Assembly (NCBI GenBank): GCA_951406725.2
Contig: OX597822.1
Coordinates: forward strand, 61,194,001 to 61,258,000
Reading direction: 5' to 3'
From: Octopus vulgaris
Lineage: Eukaryota
Length of the DNA stretch: 64,000 nucleotides
Shown here: piece by piece, positions 60,660-64,000 of the stretch
Layout of the letters: each line of letters starts with the position of its first letter
Position numbering within the stretch: position 1 is the stretch's first letter
Notes under the pieces: model-generated
Database searches by the model: none
What the model was told of the DNA's origin: nothing
Seen by the model: only the letters and a program-made list of their open reading frames with translations
Program-made: the position numbers and the translations under genes

Positions 60660-61801
60660 TGTAGTATAACCGCGGTGGTATGGTGATGAGGGCAATGTCA
60701 GTGGCTAAGTAGTGGCACTGGTTGTATTTCGGTAATAGTAGACATGGTAGTACTGGTTAAGGGCTGAATATGGTATGGCTCAGTGGCAGAATTGTGGATG
60801 CTGTGGAATGGTGATAGAATAAAGGTAATTTATGGGCATATGGTGTACTGAACCGTAGTGTTCGTTGCAGATGCGTTACCAGGTTCTAAAGTTAGAGTAA
60901 GTGAGCACATAAAAAAAAAAAAAAAGGCATCGTGATACATACCAAACAATTTTTGACTCACTTGCTTTATATTACGCGAAATATTTCATTAGTTATAAGA
61001 TACATAATCGCATTCTACATTTATTGATTTCGTGTTTCGGTAACAACGACATTATGTCTGAAACTTACAACTTCTGTTGTAGGTAACTAAGGCGTTAAAA
61101 AAATTATTGAAAAGACGCCAGTTTTGAAAAATGTGCTGGTGGTGGTGGTGGGGGGGGCAACCCCACCCGTTCCCCTATTAACTATGCCACTTGGATGGAA
61201 GCGTGGTTAATGATTTCTCCTCCAGAGCAGTAGCGTAGCTGGAGATGGGAGCAAGAGAATTAGGGTTAAGGTTAGCTGTGGGCGATGCTTTCATGGGGGT
61301 GGCAATTTGGGGTCTACTGTATAAAACTGTATTGTCTTGGGGGGGGGGGGGAGATAGAGGAAAAATTCAGGGCTGCCCCATGTGGTACACACCCTAGCTA
61401 CACCATTGTTCCAGAGTGTATATAGGACTACATAATCTAATTTTTCATTTTAACTCTTTTACTCTCTTACTTGTTTCAGTCATGTGACTGTGGCCATGCT
61501 GGAGCACCGCCTTTAGTAGAAACAAAAACAACAAAACAGCAAGGTATGGTGGTTTGACAGGCGTTTAGCTACTATTTTTAGCAGTTCGAGTAACTACGTT
61601 GAAGGCTCCCACTTTGTTTTCAAGATACGCATAATAAAATGAAAATTTGGTCCATTACATGAGATAAAGTAGGATTGATAAAGAGAGAGAGAGAGAGAGA
61701 GGGGGGGGGCGATGTCACACAGTTAAAATATATTGTGAAAGACAATATAAAGATGAAGCAAAGTATCAGAAATTATACCTTTTGCAATATATATATATAT
61801 A

Positions 61802-62179
61802 TACTCTGTCAGCTTCTATAGACACGTATATCTCAAGAGTATTTTGATTTGATTTTCTCAGCAATAACTCATGTTGCTGTTGTTGTTGTTGTTGTTGTAA
61901 CTGCTGCTGTTGACTTTGTTGTTGTTCCTGTCTTTGGCCCCAGGGCCACTCTGATCATATGCAAACCAATGATCAAAGTTGTTCCATCGGTGTGTACCAC
62001 ATGGGTATCGGATCTTTTCATTGAAAAGATCCTGGGTATCTGTTTATGTTCCTTGGTCGCTGGAGATAAGATAGGTGAATTGTAGTGCTAGTGACGACCA
62101 CTTAGGCAGAAACACGCGTCCTCTTAGCCTGTCTTTGTCTTTAACAGCATGTCAACTTTGGAAATTTATATACATACAC

Positions 62180-62250
<71 letters not shown>

Positions 62251-63179
62251 GTTATACAGGACTCGAGGTCGATGGAATGGCAGAAGCAGTGGAATACCAG
62301 GCTAGATCTCCTTGTGGCATTTAGTTACAACCCTATACATACTAAATTCAAATCCGCCCGAGACCAAAAGAAGAAATCCATCGTTGAACATTGCTCAGAT
62401 CCATTGGCGCAGATATCGAATGTTTTAAAATTCTATTTGTTGTTGTACCCAAATTATCATTGCAGATAATGGTCAACCATCTGATAAAAAGTCAGCACTT
62501 TTCTATTTTACTATTTTGCCTGTCAATAAAACGAGGGAAGAATTTCGGATAAGGTCATTAACGAGTGCAAGGATATGGCGTCATATATTATGATGTCATT
62601 AATTATCAAGACAGTGAACTACGTCATGGATATAGTGTACAACGTCATGCATATAGTTTATTATTTCGTGGACTTCAAATCTGGTTTCTTTGTTATGACA
62701 GTGGATTGCAAACTCGATAGCGTACTCCAACGAAATATTTTGAATTACATAGTTTCTTCTCTTTATATTCTGAATTTACATTCCTTTGATATCGACTTTG
62801 CATTTTATCTACCCTAGATTGGTAAAATAAGTATCAGTCAATCCAACGATAAAACCTTCAATGTGGTCTACTGATCTGATGCAAGAAATAGCCTCCAAAT
62901 TTATATTTGATCATGCCCTACAGTTCAAGAATAAAAAAGGAGATACTGAATAATGTTATCTGGGATAAATTATATCTGAAAAGATGGTATCGTTTACCGA
63001 TGGAAAAACTTTGATCATTGGTTTGCATATGATCAGAGTGGCCCTGGGGCCAAAGACAGGAACAACAACAAAGTCAACAGCAGCAGTTACAACAACAACA
63101 ACAGCAACATGAGTTATTGCTGAGAAAATCAAATCAAAATATTCTTGAGATATACGTGTCTATAGAAGCTGTCAGAGTA
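61802..63179. repeat. Near-identical inverted duplication of about 185 bp (61802-61991 vs 62996-63179), spacer about 1 kb
   Basis: CTTCTATAGACACGTATATCTCAAG...GGCCCCAGGGCCACTCTGATCATATGCAAACCAATGATCAAAGTT and its reverse complement. Only a few mismatches and a (GTT)n length difference. Confidence 0.92.
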
Positions 63180-63260
63180 ATCAAAGCCAACTCCCCAGAG
63201 ATTGTTATTAAAGATAAAGTTGATAAAGAATGTCTCTTTATCGACTTATCATCCCCTTTT
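63110..63260 (+). pseudogene. Relic of a restriction-like endonuclease domain (R2/R4-group non-LTR element)
   Basis: RVIKANSPEIVIKDKVDKECLFIDLSSP resembles the ANRPDIVxxDKxxxxCxxIDVxxP motif of RLE-type LINEs. Short and degenerate. Confidence 0.5.
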
Positions 63261-63411
63261 GGGAAGAAAATCGGACGGACGTATAAACTCATACCTACCT
63301 ACCTACCTACATAATACATACCACTACCTACCCATCTCTTTGTCGGCGAGTCTGCCCTTGTCTGTGTGTCTGTCTCTCTCTATATATGCGTATATATATA
63401 TACATACACAG

Positions 63412-63476
<65 letters not shown>

Positions 63477-63481
<5 letters not shown>

Positions 63482-63881
63482 GCACATATGCCATTTGAAT
63501 ATGGCTAACCCATAAGGGTGGATGCTACTGTAGTTTGTAGCCCCAGGAAGATATCTCCTCCAGCTGGCCATAGACACACTATCTGTGTCCTGTCAGTATT
63601 TGTGAAAGGGAGTCATCCTCCCCGTCTTCAACACATGATACACACGTACCCGTGTTTCAAGGTGTTTACCTTTCATCAGCGTGTGACAATCATGGTTGTC
63701 GATGAGAAGTCAGATCCCTTCACAAATACATATACTTTTTCCAGTGTCGATTTGACACTGATATTGAAAAAGTGAAATCAAACAATGATAAATCTCAGAG
63801 CGAGTTATAAACAGTAGCGGTAACACATCGTGATGCACATATGCCATTTGAATATGGCTAACCCATAAGGGTGGATGCTAC
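63477..63881 (-). mobile_element. Retrozyme-like / non-autonomous Penelope-type unit: 353-nt monomer plus 52-bp terminal direct repeat
   Basis: GTGATGCACATATGCCATTTGAATATGGCTAACCCATAAGGGTGGATGCTAC is identical at 63477-63528 and 63830-63881. A hammerhead lies inside; the unit abuts (TA)n. Confidence 0.75.
63634..63694 (-). ncRNA. Type I hammerhead ribozyme (complete core, all stems paired)
   Basis: CAUGAU-ugu-CACACG-CUGAUGA-AAGGU(aaac)ACCUU-GAAA-C(acgg)G-UA-CGUGUG-u-AUCAUG. GUA triplet; predicted cut between 63647 and 63646. Confidence 0.85.
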
Positions 63882-64000
63882 ACGTTACGTTTCTTTTCTT
63901 TTGCCAGTTGACTTCTCGGATTCTGACGAAGATAGCATTGTGACGGTCGTTCACTATATTTTCAATTGATCAATCGATCGATTGATTAAATTTAACAAGA

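Overview
AT-rich, microsatellite-dense eukaryotic DNA. The SINE families and repeat landscape point to a coleoid cephalopod, most likely Octopus (inference). Host genes are two convergently oriented, intron-containing alpha-tubulin genes. Gene A (+) has exons 24600-24602, 31268-31490 and 31596-32725, encodes 451 aa and retains K40. Gene B (-) has exons 47855-47633 and 46554-45428 plus an unplaced ATG-only first exon, encodes 450 aa and has Thr at position 40. The remainder is mobile DNA: a near full-length CR1/L2-type LINE (15685-19930) inserted in (TA)n, decayed mariner and Tc1/maT-like transposases, several tRNA-derived SINE families (one as a 184-bp tandem array), foldback MITEs and Helitron-like elements. 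The most interesting non-obvious signals are (i) at least four type I hammerhead-ribozyme motifs in small non-coding elements, including a 353-nt retrozyme-like unit with 52-bp terminal redundancy (63477-63881) and a tRNA-headed head-to-head element carrying a hammerhead (7770-8313); (ii) a triplicated non-coding module at 3.06-6.25 kb that conserves E2F/CHR- and Myb-like blocks; and (iii) patchy gene conversion between the tubulins, including a GC3-rich patch. All counts and pairings were made by eye. Almost all short ORFs in the supplied track are microsatellite or antisense artefacts.
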